Positions 12,660 through 26,908 of a stretch of 64,000 nt of DNA are shown here, piece after piece. A program made the translations under genes and the position numbers. Every line of letters starts with the position of its first letter. Position 1 is the first letter of the stretch. Source of the stretch: Nitrosopumilaceae archaeon (lineage in GTDB: Archaea; Thermoproteota; Nitrososphaeria; Nitrososphaerales; Nitrosopumilaceae); NCBI GenBank assembly GCA_965207375.1, contig CBDBMG010000002.1:416001-480000 (forward strand), written 5' to 3'. A model generated the notes under the pieces. The model was not told where the DNA came from. It was given only the letters and a program-made list of their open reading frames with translations, and made no database searches.

Positions 12660-13112
12660 CAGTGTTTGGAAAGAGTTCAAAGAAATGCAGCCAGATAAAT
12701 TATGTCTTTGGGGATTACTGCCGATATCACAGTGTCACTGCTATGCTGGACAAACTACAATGGCAAACTCTAAATGATCGGAGACATTTTTAATAGCTGC
12801 TATGATGTACAAAATAGCTAGTTCATACTGAACTTAATTGCCATAGAAGCCTCCTCGTATACTTTATTCCAATTACCTCAGCCACCCGTGTTCACCAAAA
12901 ATGATATCTATAGCTATCTAGAATCAATGCATATTATTACTCCTTTTTTCCATCAGCTGTCAGAATATGGAATAGTTTGCCGGTGTGTTCAGTGACTGCT
13001 ATACTTCATTATAAAATTATAACAGATAGCACTAATGTAGACTTAATATTCTATAATTAGCTACTGTGCGTAATACTCTATTAGAGGTCTCCACAGTAAT
13101 AATAATAATAAC
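12660..13112 (+). mobile_element. 5'-truncated CR1/L2-group LINE 3' fragment
   Basis: Degenerate translation ERVQRNAAR...SVTAMLDKLQWQTL...YSFFPSAVRIWNSLP, followed by an (AAT)n tail at ~13098-13112. Confidence 0.75.
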
Positions 13113-13877
13113 ATAAAATTTGACAATGTTTTTCACAACTTACAGAATGTAAATCATTTAATGTGCTATATACAAACCAAGATACTTGATGTTTTGTGGT
13201 TATAACGTTAAGTGCATTTAAATTTTGTGCCCATGCACTTGGTCCATTTTCACTGGCCTGTTACTATTATATAGGATTAGATATACATACGTATGTATAT
13301 AACCAAGGTCACAATGCACTTCATAATAAAGATAGCTATGTAAGTATGGTTACTATGGTTACATAATACAGTTATTCAAATACCTGCATGAGTCCACTCC
13401 AGATACAGTAACAAATTTAAGTCTTGATACATAATCATAATAATAATAATAATACTATTGTGTTCTGACAGCCACATATAGGCTATATACATAGCTAATC
13501 AGTGTGTATAGTGTATAGTAAAATTAATACAGAATAAATATTAGCCAGAAGTTCTATCAATTAATCAATTTAGTCTTCAAATACATAGCTGACAATGAAA
13601 ATCCTTTTTAGCTGCCTTCTTCGTAACTTTTACACATCGCTGATGAAACCACTGATTACATCTCGTGCATTCTATCCACCATGTTCCCACTCGTTCTCTC
13701 TTTAGTGTGCACACTTGTTTGGGACACTTACGTATCTTTATTTCCTGTCCATTCCTTTGTTGTGCTTGCTAGTACTGGCACAGGCTTAATAATAGCAATG
13801 CTCTGTGATCTGAGGGATACAATATTGGTGTAGTCTGGATCATTATCTGCAAGTGGTCATGAAAGCACATAGGTAAA

Positions 13878-14342
13878 TGTGACTGTCTCTGCAAAAACCC
13901 TCCATGTTTGCATAAATATATTATGATGATATGCCTTTACAAAATAACTATAAATTCCAGATTGGGGATCCAACATGATTCCAAATAATGTATATAACTG
14001 CCAATTTTTGATTCACAGTCTTGCAAATTTTTGTATTTCTCCATATACTAATATTCACATGATATGGATTGGTAAATAGGAATCAATGAAATCAAATCAT
14101 AAATCAATAAATCAAGCCAAAATAAAAATGATTCCAAATCTCATACAAAAATCTATGGTGTCAGACCCCTCATTCCTGATACTTGCATCAGTTGTTAATT
14201 GCTCTGCATAAAATGTTTGTCACTAATATGCAAATTTTTGTAATGTTACAAGAAACTGTACCAGAGTTATGAAATTTTAAATTTCTAAAGATGGGCCAAA
14301 ATTTGCATGCTAACATGGAGGGTTTTTGCAGAACCAGTCACA
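13878..14342. mobile_element. TGTGAC-terminated MITE
   Basis: TGTGACTGTCTCTGCAAAAACCC / GGGTTTTTGCAGAACCAGTCACA; AA flanks. Confidence 0.75.
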
Positions 14343-14399
14343 AAAATGCATACTTGTATTTTAGCTATAGTTATACATATGTATAGTTATGTGCATGGT

Positions 14400-15075
14400 A
14401 CCATTTGAAATGTTTTCACTAGTAGAACATAGCACAACTGTGGATGCAGGTGGTAAAGGAACCGGAGAAATAGTTTTGTCCTTTGATGGTATCATGATAT
14501 CAGATAAATTAAGTGATATCGATGAACTGGAGGTCTCTAGCAGTGAGTCTTCATTGACTTGATCTGTGGATGCATACACAGGTATACAGGATGATCACTG
14601 ATGAATTGATACGTATGTGTAGCTACTTATGATTATAGAACTGAAACATACCACTTGAAATGTTTTCACATGTAGGAGGTGTCTCAACTAAAAAGGCAGG
14701 TGGTGGAGGAATCGGAGATATCATGATATCAGATAAATTAAGTGATGAATTGGAGGTCTCTAACAGTGGGTCTTCATTGACTTGATCTGTAGATGCATAT
14801 ACACACTGGTATAGAGGATAATCGTTGATGAATCGATATGTATATAATATATATGTGTGTGTGCTACTTATAATTATAAAACTGAAACATACCATTTGAA
14901 ATGTCTTCACATGTAGAAAGTGTCTCAACTATAGATGTGGGTTGTGAAGGAACTGGAGAATTTGTTTTTTCATTTGATGGTATCATGATATCAGATAAAT
15001 TAAGTGATGAACTGGAAGTCTCTAACAGTGGGTCTTGATCTGTAGATGCATGCAGAGAATATCTACTGATGTCTT
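14400..15075 (-). repeat. Three tandem copies of a ~230-bp exon-intron unit in the ATPase-PHD linker
   Basis: Repeated peptide DPLLETSxSSLNLSDIMI...TCENISxG, each copy followed by a GT donor. Confidence 0.85.
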
Positions 15076-18053
15076 GGTTATTTGTGTACGGATATACATA
15101 ACAAAGATGATGGCAGTAAATAGTTACTTATATAGACAAGCAAGAATGATACATTAATTTACCTGCAATCCATGGTGATGTTGATGACATAGGTGACAGG
15201 GATGGTGAAGATATAGGAGAATGGTCTGAAACTTTAAGATTCAAAAGTAAAATAGTGAATTCGTACATGTAGGTAGCTATATATGTATGTGTGTCTCTGC
15301 CATTCCTAAAGGATGGATGCAATGACACTGTTCTAAAGCCCTCTGAAAATGGAAAACAGAGGAAATGCATAACCATCCCTCACAAGGCTATCTCCACTGA
15401 TGTTATTAGAAAGTTGGTTGATAGAGGTAAGTCTGCTAGTGCTGCTATCCATATGCTTATACGTAAATATACATACATAAGCCCAGATATTGCCCCCAAC
15501 TTCTTTAACAGCTTTCTTAAATTTAGTTTCATCCAAGGTGGAACAATAAGTCCTGATCATTGGTAAATATATGGCCACTGATCATGATGCACATGCTTGA
15601 TTGGTTTTATTGAGAACTTCAGGACGAAGAAATCTTAGTATCTGTCAAACATTTTAAAGCTATAATTATACATACATTGTATAAGATAAAAAATTAATAC
15701 CTCACAAACTTCTAAATCTTCAGTATCATATAGCAATTGCTCAAGAACACACTCTATTGTGTTGTGAGTGCACTGTAGCAAACTGGTGACTTCTGGGGCC
15801 CATTTTTCCAAGAAAAATCTTTTTATCATAGTGAATGTTGTTACCTCTGGTAGTGCAATGATATTGCACAGCTGTAAGTGTATTCAAAAATTATAACACA
15901 ATTGCAGAATCAATTTTCAAATTTTACTCACCTCCTTACCAATTCCTAACAAAAGGGCATAGCTCTTTTGAATTCTAAAATCAGCATCTGGCAATGCGTC
16001 ATATACCAGAGGTAACAAATCTTCATTAATACACTTTTGGAATTCTTCACTCATGATTGTTTCACCTGCTTGTTTCAGCAACTCTTCCTTTTCTCGTTGG
16101 TTTACTGCAACCTGTCCCTTGAAAAAAGGGACATGTATTAGTCGTGCTGCATTCCTAAAAGACATGTATACACAAAATTATGGGTCAACTGTTTTCAGAA
16201 CACATGCTGTATGAACATACCTGGAACTTTCAGCAAATGCTTTGTTCGCAGTCAATATAATCGTTGTACGTGGACAGTTGCTTCCTCCACTCACTGTGGA
16301 TAGTGCTGCTCCATTGAAAAATTGTACTGACAAAGCTTCAATGTTGTTTAGACTGTTAATGTCATCTACCCCAATTGGTATGGTCGTAATTGATGCTCGT
16401 GCAACCAAGGAATTTGGTGATGATTTCCCCACTCGGAAATGTGCAGCTGCTGCTCCACACAGGCTCAATGCTGCCCGGAGTGATGTTGTCTTTCCTGCAA
16501 ATATATAATTTCAAATTACCCAACTGTATTAATTGCCTATGTAGATAATACAACTATGGCCAGCTGTTAGTAACTAACCAGTTCCGGGAGTTTCACTGTA
16601 TGCTAGTACCAGCGGACATTCGTCTTGTATTGACATAATTGTCTCAAAGTGCATAGCCATGCATACTCCACTAATGATCTGATAAAAGCTTAGAAAATTC
16701 TGTTGCAGGCATTCATTGGCTGCGATCATAAGATTCTGGATACCCTAAAACATGACAAGTGATACTATTATTATTGCTCTACAGTACTATTAGCTAGCTA
16801 TATACGTAGCTACTTAATTGTATACAAATAATATGAAGCTAGTAGAAGAACTGAAAATCAATACACGTGCACCATGGATGATAGTGTTTAACCTACGTAC
16901 CATGATTGGTAATTATTGACTCTGCATATGTACTTACATACCTGAATCTGCAGTGGTAGAATAATTGGTAATGGAGCAAGCTTTGTATCATCAGTAACAT
17001 CTTTTCGTAACTGGTATTCACCATACCAATAAAATGGAAAATCTTTGTTGTCTAGTAGCTCTCCCTTGCTGTCGATCTGAATATCTGGTCCCAGCACCCA
17101 CACATCACTTTTTAGTTGCCTGCCTATAGCAGAAACCAGAGTTTTGTTATTAAAACTAGCACTGGTTCGAAAATCGCTGCACTCTTGGAAAATGTATCGT
17201 CCCCATAATGCATCGCTGCATTTAACATGTTGCACTCCTTTTAAAGATTTGCTTGCAGCTTTAGTAAAACTGCGAATAGTGCAAGCTTCGTCATTAGTGA
17301 TGAAGCATTCCCTGTGGGAAAAATATAATTATTTAAATGTGTTGCAATTATACCCATGCAGTACACCTATCACTTTAAGGTCTAGTGTAACCAATCAAAC
17401 TTGCATGATGCATTTTTAGAGCCAACACAAGGCAACAACAAGAGATCTAGTTATAGCTGTTAGATGATTAACTATTGATATAATTATGTACTGCTGGTAT
17501 AAGCTCTGAAGATCAAAGAAAAATTGCTCATGACACAAATGAAAATATTTTTCACTTTGGTATTCTATTGATCACACCTATATATGTGTATCCAGTGAAC
17601 TCTGGCAATCAAAGGAAATTGCTCTAACGCCTTATCATCAACGGTAAAATGTACAATTGATCACACTTGCATTTGGGACTCAATCACCTAAAATGAATTG
17701 AAAAAATGGTCGCAGCTTGACTGCATTGGAGTTTAAGAAGCTCAGGATGGGTAAACAAGTCACCCGCATCATTGCACGGCTGACATGCATGCATTGATGG
17801 ATCAAATCAAATCAAAATTGCCACATGCATCTAGTATATAGCTACGTAAATTAGCGAACTCACTTTTCTACTCCAGAGGTCATTGTTATTTTGTACAGAA
17901 ATCCATCTAATTGCATACAGGTTTCTTCCGGCGAGGATACAGCACTAACCACTTGAAAGCAAAGTTAGTGTACTGCAAAAACTCTCCTCTTTTGATCTCT
18001 CCAATTTGTCTATTAACAGTAACTAGTGACCTATGAGCAGCTGTTCGAGGCAT

Positions 18054-18228
18054 TGTCTGAAGATTTCAATCTAGGCTCAACTCTTTCGCTGTGATGCAGT
18101 TCTCAGACTACTACGCACCATTTAGTTTTCTCTCAACGTGCAAACCAAAGCGCGCGCATGCGTACGTAAACGTGGTTACACAGAGAAAATCCGGCTCAGC
18201 TAATGCGATAATTTTTACTCAGTTTAAA
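18054..18228. promoter_or_regulatory. Putative bidirectional promoter
   Basis: 175 bp between divergent ATGs (18053 minus, 18229 plus); central CpG-rich GCGCGCGCATGCGT (18150-18163) resembles the NRF-1 palindrome. Confidence 0.55.
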
Positions 18229-19720
18229 ATGCCACGTGGCAAGAAACGAAGGTTGGCAGCGGCATTAGATAGTTTATGTGATGCAAATCGTAGTTCAGGG
18301 GATGCCTTAGTAGAAGAAGATATTGTTGATACTACTCGAGATGTTACCTTCACGCCCCCGGTGAGCCAGGATGAAGATTTCGAGCCGCAATTGGAAGTGA
18401 CCGAAATGCATTGTGATCTAAGATGGGTAACAGTTTTGACTGCACAGGCACTAAACTTAGTACCGACATCTTTTTTGTCGCGACGCCAACATTATATCAC
18501 CAACATTGTCAGTCATTGCATAAAAAAGGATTTTACTTCAGAATAAATGGCTGTATTAATACAGAGCGCTGAAGGAGTTTTTGAGAATATCACTTATCTC
18601 CAAACGCCTAAGAGTGAATTATTATGGAAAGTAACTTTTGCTACTCAGGTGCCTCATAGCTACTGCATTTTTGGGACCTCCTACTACATTATGTTTAGAA
18701 TGCAGTGGAAATCTTTCAATTCATAATGATCCTTCTTCAGTTGTTGTATTTGGATTCCATGGACCAACTCCTGCTCTTAAAATCACTCTTAGATGTGATA
18801 CTCGTATGATTAACTACAGGTAAAATAGTTCGGTATAAATTATAGCTAGTTAGTTAGTTATATAGAGCTATCTGTATGTATCTATTACTACAGATATGAT
18901 CAGTATGGTGGAGATATTAAAGGTGGATACTGTTATTATGATAGCCCAAGACCATATGTGAAAGCATCACGCAGTGTATTCATTTGTAGAGATCTTTATT
19001 GCAACTTGGCAGCTGCTGCGTATGTTGTATTACTATTAATCAGTTATATTATCAATAAACATTGTAGCCATCATACTTGGAGTTCTTTTGAAGGTGCTGC
19101 AGAAAGCTACAATGAAGGAGTTAGGGAGTCATTGACTGGGTCACTGCTTTTAAATTATACAAAGAGATTCTTTACTATGTGTCCCCTGAGAAATGGTAAG
19201 TATAGCTATGTAGAAGTACATGCACATAACCAGTACTATTACATGTGTATACTAGTTAACACTGCATCCATCAACTGTGATGAATCCACTGACATGAATA
19301 TGATTACTCATGAACTTCATCGTAAATCTGTAGCAGAAGCATTCTGGAATGCTGAAATAGAAGATGAATTACGAGAGATAGGTCAAATTGGATACATATT
19401 TTCATCAGTGGATTCAAGAGAGAAGCTAATGGATTCCATTGATGAAGAGAGGGCTAAACGTCCTTATGCACACAATGACTGCACAGATGAGTGTAAGAAA
19501 AGAGGTGAGTCTGCAGATCAAGATCATATAGATATACAGCTATTACTCACTTCATAGTTAGCTAGACAACCTAGCTACTGCTCCTGTTTGTTTGAACACT
19601 TTTCAAACATCAATAGAAAAATAGAACGAGTTCATAAACAGTTCTGTCACTGCATTGAACATGCATGCAGCTATATGGTTTAACTAAGTTCAAGAGAATC
19701 GATCTTCACACTTATATAAT

Positions 19721-20363
19721 TGTGATTAGATTTGACAAAAGCCAGCTTCCACACACATAACAGCAAGACACACTAGCTTTGCACCATCAAACAATAGCTG
19801 TACACATTAACTAACAGTTCAGACAGATTTTGGTTCTGAAAGTTATATAATTACCCAGGCTGCTTTTGCTGAGGTTTGTTTCTTAGCCTTGTCAGATGTC
19901 CACGAGTACTTGGGTGGTTATTAAATGGCTCCATCTTCCCTGCACAAGCAGACAGCTGGCTGTATATCGCCATACAATGGCCTGGTAAGGTTGCTCATGG
20001 ATTTAGCTGCTTTGTGTAATATGTAGAGCTGAAAATGGCATCGATTGAAGCCAAATTGTTTCCATTTGGTTTTTCAGTTTTAGCCTGCCACTTCATGGCT
20101 CCCTGCCCACTCATAGGAGTGCTATAGTGATATTGGCTAGCTACACCAGTAATAAAACTATCTAAAATGGTGCATGGGTTATTATATTCCTAGTTATATC
20201 CGTTCAACAGTTAGTCCATAGATATAGATTATGAATAGCTATAGAATCGTGGCAAATTGCCTGCAAGCACCTGTTTTCCTTTACAAGATATAATGCTTCG
20301 AATAGGTGTTTCTAAATATTTATAATTGTGTGTGGAAGCCAGCTTCTCTCAAATCCAGTCACA
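19721..20363. mobile_element. TGTGAC-class MITE
   Basis: Imperfect ~35-bp TIR ending GTCACA; AT flanks. Confidence 0.7.
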
Positions 20364-20971
20364 ATTGTGCTTTAATTTTGAGTACGTATGTCACTGGCAA
20401 GGGATGCAGAACCATGCAGGTGGCTATATCTAGGAAGGCTGGAGCTCCTTATATTTGAAATACAGGTACATACCCTTGCATGAACAGGGAGTGCTATTGG
20501 TATGTTTATAATCACTGCATCATACAATTACGTACCTCAGCTTAATATTAGCTATAGTTACAGCCATGAATGCTTGTATGCATGCACTTGAGCCTCAAAG
20601 TTATGAACTATACAGATACATACGTAGCTATTAGCTGCTCAGTAAAAGCAGACCCATCAACTTTCGGCAGTGGTACTCTGGTAATCAGTTAGTTTATTGA
20701 TGGAGTGTAGCTGTAGCTACAAAAACTATTCTTACCCATTATGTGCATATGTGGTGGCTTTTGGCAAATCTGGTCACATAAATGTACAAGGTTTACTTCT
20801 GAATCACATGTCACTGAATAGTTCAAGGGGTTATCAACTCTTAAATGGGTTATAGATTTCAAAATTTCACTGATAATTAAGAATTTCATTGCTCACATTG
20901 CATTCCTAGATGTTCCTTTTGCATTTCTTCATAAATGCTACATAGCCTTTTGAATATAAGTACATGCATGC

Positions 20972-22106
<1,135 letters not shown>

Positions 22107-22122
22107 TATATATATATATACA

Positions 22123-23043
22123 CTAGAATAATAAAAAATTAAAAATTTAAAAAGTAAGTAGGGATTGAACTTTGGATTCAATAGTGCTACAAAAAGTAAG
22201 GAAACAAGGAATAAGATTTTGGGATGAGAGAACATTCTGGCATGAGATAATTTATAAAAGTTTAATCCCTATTTTTGGCTCACTTCATTCAGTAGGTTTG
22301 CCAAAAGTAGGGATTAAACTTTTATAAATTATCTCATGCCAGAATGTTCTCTCGTCCCAAAATCTTATTCCTTGTTTCCTTACTTTTTGTAGCACTATTG
22401 AATCCAAAGTTCAATCCCTACTTACTTTTTAAATTTTTAATTTTTTATCATTCTAGTTTGTTAACTTTTTATACATGCTAAGCATTCAATAATCTTTTAG
22501 CAGGCGCACAAAATGTTACAGGCGCTTACGTAATAATTATGCTTGTTTACAGGCGCTTGTTAACAATGCGCTGACATGGCAAAGCAGCTGTATGATAGCA
22601 AATAACACTCGAAAAACAGCAAAAGCTATTTGTCCAAGGCTATAATCTCGAAGTTCACGATGTAATAAAGTACACGCGAAAACATCGTGCCACTGTAACT
22701 AATTATATCACGTGCAAGCCAGGTTTTTGTGTGACGCAATAAGCAGAAGCCGTTACAGGCTATCGTCACCTTCGGTGAAATTCGCACCTTGCTAAGGAAT
22801 AAAGAAGAACAAGGAAAGGAATGAAGGATAAAGGGAATCGCCATGGCGCAGTGGGTAAATCGTCTTCGGAATAAGATTTTCGTAAATCCGCCGCCATTAC
22901 CTTTATTGTGTGAAATTTCTGGAGCCCTACACCTAGCGCAACCCGGTCTTACGGCAGGCTGGCTGTCAGGCTGGCAGGCTGTCAGACGAAATACAATTGA
23001 ATTTCGAAATTTTCAAAGTTGGCTGAAATTTTCAAAGTTGGCT
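22123..23043 (-). mobile_element. Family A copy 2, inverted and 5'-truncated
   Basis: Reverse complement of ~21190-22106, separated from copy 1 by a (TA)n spacer. Confidence 0.8.
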
Positions 23044-23733
23044 ATATATATATATATATGATATTATATGCATATAATTATTATAGGTACATGTTAAGCC
23101 ATCAAGTTATAATTATTAAAAATAATGTGATCACTTCTCATACAGGATGTGGGCATTTATATTCTTTTGATGGAAATCGGAAGCTAGTCTATCCTGTGTG
23201 CATGTTTAGAGTCCCTAAAGAAGTGACAGGTTTTGCCCATCATCTACGCTATGTTGATACTTGTCCTAATGAACCTGTGTGTGGCCATGCATTCTGTGAA
23301 GTGCATTGTAATGAAGCTGAAGAAAAGAAAATTCCAACAAAATTACGTGACTACCTGAGATACTGTGGCATTTTGAAAGGTACGTACGTAGCTAGCTATA
23401 TATTATAAATGATAGCTATTAGCTCATTGCATTTACCTACTTGTAGCTACGTACATAGCTACATATGTATTATGTAATAACATATAGCTAGCACCAATGT
23501 TACAATGTTTTATTCACAGCTTAGCTACAGTACAGTGTATAGCTTACTACGTAGCTTTCCACCAGATTTCTGTAATCAGTGCACCACTAGCTTCATCTAG
23601 GCAGCCTACTTTCAAAGATAAAAATTTTGAGGATTTTGGGGGACGTTTACAGGACCTCAAAAATATCTTCAAAATTGTAGGATCAGCTAGTCCTAGCTAG
23701 CTATATTGTTTACCACTCGCTTATTCTCGTATA

Positions 23734-24367
23734 TGTGACTGGATTTGCCAAAACCCGACATAATGTCGCAAGAACTGAAATCCAATTTATAGCTTAACAT
23801 GAAAGCCACAACTCGAGCTCCGGCACTATCCAGACACACCAATGACAGGGCTACAGATGGCCAGGTCTGCTTTCACAGGCAGGATTTTGCTGGCCCTGTA
23901 AATGAATGACGGTCCACTACAGGGTACATGGTGCCATTGGGGGGCACTAATAAGGCTGTATGGGGTGTCAAACTGCTGCCAGTGACCGTCTTGGCCTGAC
24001 ATGTTGACTGTGCATGGCTGTTTCTGTGTTTATTGAAGGCACAACGATCCTGTCTCTGTTCCTATGGATGGTATGGTCCGCCTTCTGCTCCCCACCCACC
24101 CCCATCGCCACCCCCTATAAACTAAATCCATGATATTGGTGGAGTTCAAAAAAATTGTCTCAAAATCCAGCAGTATTAGCTAGCTATATATAGGTGGTTG
24201 AATTAGTTATAAAGCACTAGCTATAAGATTACTCTACTTATGCTGTGAGTCAGCTGGCGTCTATGCAGTCAGGCATCAAGGAGCTACAGTAGCTTGAATA
24301 TTTCAAAGTGGTATTTCTCGAAATATGAAATATGCAGTTATGTTGGGTTTTTGCAAATCAGGTCACA
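23734..24367. mobile_element. TGTGAC-terminated MITE
   Basis: TGTGACTGGATTTGCCAAAACCC / GGGTTTTTGCAAATCAGGTCACA; TA flanks. Confidence 0.75.
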
Positions 24368-25037
24368 TATTTCTTATCGATCCTTTATACAATAGTCATG
24401 TGTATATATAATAAATTGTATTAATTATGTATATAATTGATCACACATTATGGTTTACTAACATATATATAGATCCAGACTGTGACTCAAGTGCTAATCA
24501 TGAAGATTTAAGTAAGCTTACAGCTGCTGAAGAAAACATGAGTAATAATGATGGAGCAAGAAATGCTTCAGATTGTCAAGGTTGAAAACCTTAAAATCTG
24601 TATTGACATGACAGTATTGTGTGATATATAAAGTTTGTGCTACAATAATCATCCTCCAATTAAGTAACGTATCATACATAACTGGAAAAATGTGACTGTC
24701 TGCAAAATACTCCAAATTTGCACTTGCTGTACTTCAAAAATATCATACTGAAAGAGAAAATGTCTCACATAGGTAGCTAGCTAGAAGTGGGGCAATAAAA
24801 CAAATTTCAATTTGTGTGAGAGCATGTATAGTATGGCTGAGCCAGTCACATATTATGCTATTCATTGCGTTGGCAGTAAAATTACTGTAGCTATAATATA
24901 GCTATAAGCACTGAAATTGGAGATGCATGCATGCATGGTGTTGATAATGAAGTTTTTGCATGACATACTTTAGCAGTTTATATTATGCAGGATAAGGATA
25001 TATTTCAGCATTGAAAAATTCACTAAATTACGTTATA

Positions 25038-25627
25038 TGTGACCGTCTCTGCGAAAACCGGCCTAGTTCACACCTGATAGTAATTAGAGAAACACCTGTT
25101 TAAAATTTTTAAATTGAAATAACCAGCTCTTGCTCGTACTAGGCCACTTTTATTTAGTAGAACTGGACTTAGTAATCTATTGAATAAAATACAATTTACC
25201 TTTGAAGTTGTTCCTCGCTTGATTTTAAGCCTTTTCAGATGATTTTTTTAAAGATGTGCATCAATTTTAGCCCAGCATTACAAGGGGGCGGGTGAGGGCG
25301 GGGGGTGGGGAGGGAGGAGGCTAAAGCTCCCCAGGTGAAGACACAAGGTCCTGAGTTGCCCACAGATGGTCCTGACCATACAACCAGGCCGAAGGGACAT
25401 CATTCCGATTCTAGGCCGATAACATCCAATTGGTACGCTCCACAGGTGTCAATGTGTCGGTCATGATTTTACAGCGCTGTAAATCCTCCCCTCCAAAAAG
25501 CAGACCACTTGAGTCTGGCCATCGGAGACGTGCTGTGTGGATAGCTATTGAGTATAGCTATAAGCTGGGGCAAAAAATAAATTAAATTTTTGTGCGAACT
25601 AGGCTGGTTTTTGCAGAGACAGTCACA
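25038..25627. mobile_element. TGTGAC-terminated MITE
   Basis: ~33-bp TIR TGTGACCGTCTCTGCGAAAACCGGCCTAGTTC; TA flanks. Confidence 0.8.
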
Positions 25628-26660
25628 TATTAATTGGATGCAATACATGTATATAATTGTATTATATGTAAGACACGAGTGGGTACATCATAACTAGGAC
25701 ATGTTATATCATCAATATTTTACTACATTTTTAAATAATTATTAGGTACATTATCAGTAATCACATCATACCCACAACTGGGTGCAGAACTAGATAAACA
25801 AAGTGAACTAGATTTTGTGCCAGAGTGCAACAAGGACACTGGCACTAGAAAGCGGATACAGAAATGGAGTCGCGGGCATTTCTTTATCGTTCGTGGAGGT
25901 GGACATATAGATATGTGGCAGCCATTATATCAGTATGTAGCTAATACTTAAATAGTTCCTTTATAGCTTGTGATCTGAGTATAGTAGCTATGTAGTAATA
26001 TTGCAAAGTTCCAGGCAGCCTATATAATTATACGTAGTTAGCTATAGATAGCTACCACTTTGCATTTAGATTTGTGGTAATTAATTAAATGATACCATTT
26101 CTACAAATATAGCTAGTAGCTAAGTAGCAATTGTTTATAGGCTTACAATGCATGTGTACAGTTTGTAGATGGATCTGTATATGTATAGCTACCGCCCTGA
26201 AGTACACATATGTACATGTGTATAATAAATGCATGCTCATGCCTCTGTAAGTTGCAATATATAAAAATTGTTGCATTGTGATCTCAAACAACTGCTCCAC
26301 ACACCAGATTTCTGAACATACGTAGCTATCTAATATGATTGTAGAAGCAATAACTGCATGTGTTTTCTGATACAACCTTAACAATACATGGTGTGTCAGT
26401 AATCATAGTACCTATCTATTTTCACAAAGAAAAATTCACTGAGTATATAGCTATGTTGCTTCATATTTTCAAACTTCTGAGCACAATTATTAGCTATTTG
26501 TTAATTATATAACTCAAGGATAAAAAATTCGAGGATTTTGTGGATGTTTGTATAGCCTCAGTAATATTCTATCCTCAAAATTGTAAGATCAACTAGCTAG
26601 TCCTACTGCTTATACCACTTACTCATTGTTGAAACTTTATCTCTAATAATCCTCAAAATT

Positions 26661-26908
26661 TGTGACCAGAATTTGGAAAATGGTTCCAAATCACACACTT
26701 TTCAGTATATTTATCACTACCACATGAAAAGTATTGCATTCTCAATAATATTTCATAGCACTAGATGGAATTCAATGGTCAAATTACTGAAAGAATGTAA
26801 GAAATACTCTGTAAATACATACACATAAGTAGAAATATCATTAAATACATGCAGAAATACACTGGATTTCATGCATGGTTTGGAACTGTTTTCCAAAATT
26901 CTGTCACA
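26661..26908. mobile_element. TGTGAC-terminated MITE
   Basis: TGTGACCAGAATTTGGAAAATGGTTCCAAA / TTTGGAACTGTTTTCCAAAATTCTGTCACA; TT flanks. Confidence 0.75.

Larger units (their letters stand above)
13577..18053 (-). pseudogene. Multi-exon P-loop ATPase (AAA+/SF3-helicase-like, DUF927-like) with low-complexity linker and C-terminal PHD finger
   Basis: Exons 18053-17864, 17311-16942, 16744-16579, 16494-16221, 16154-~15935 and further exons, ending 13846-13821 and 13768-13577, with GT-AG borders. Spliced Walker A LVLAYSETPGT/GKTT, Walker B IPIGVDD, sensor IILTAN, R-finger-like RLIHVPF. PHD: CPKQVC...WWIECTRCNQWFHQRCV...FHCQLC*. One frameshift in exon 1 (~17955). Confidence 0.8.

Noticed and set aside
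13577-18053. Polinton/Maverick packaging ATPase or AcademH RecQ helicase
   Set aside because: No pPolB, capsid or integrase nearby and no DExH/SF2 motifs; the motif spacing fits AAA+/SF3 instead.
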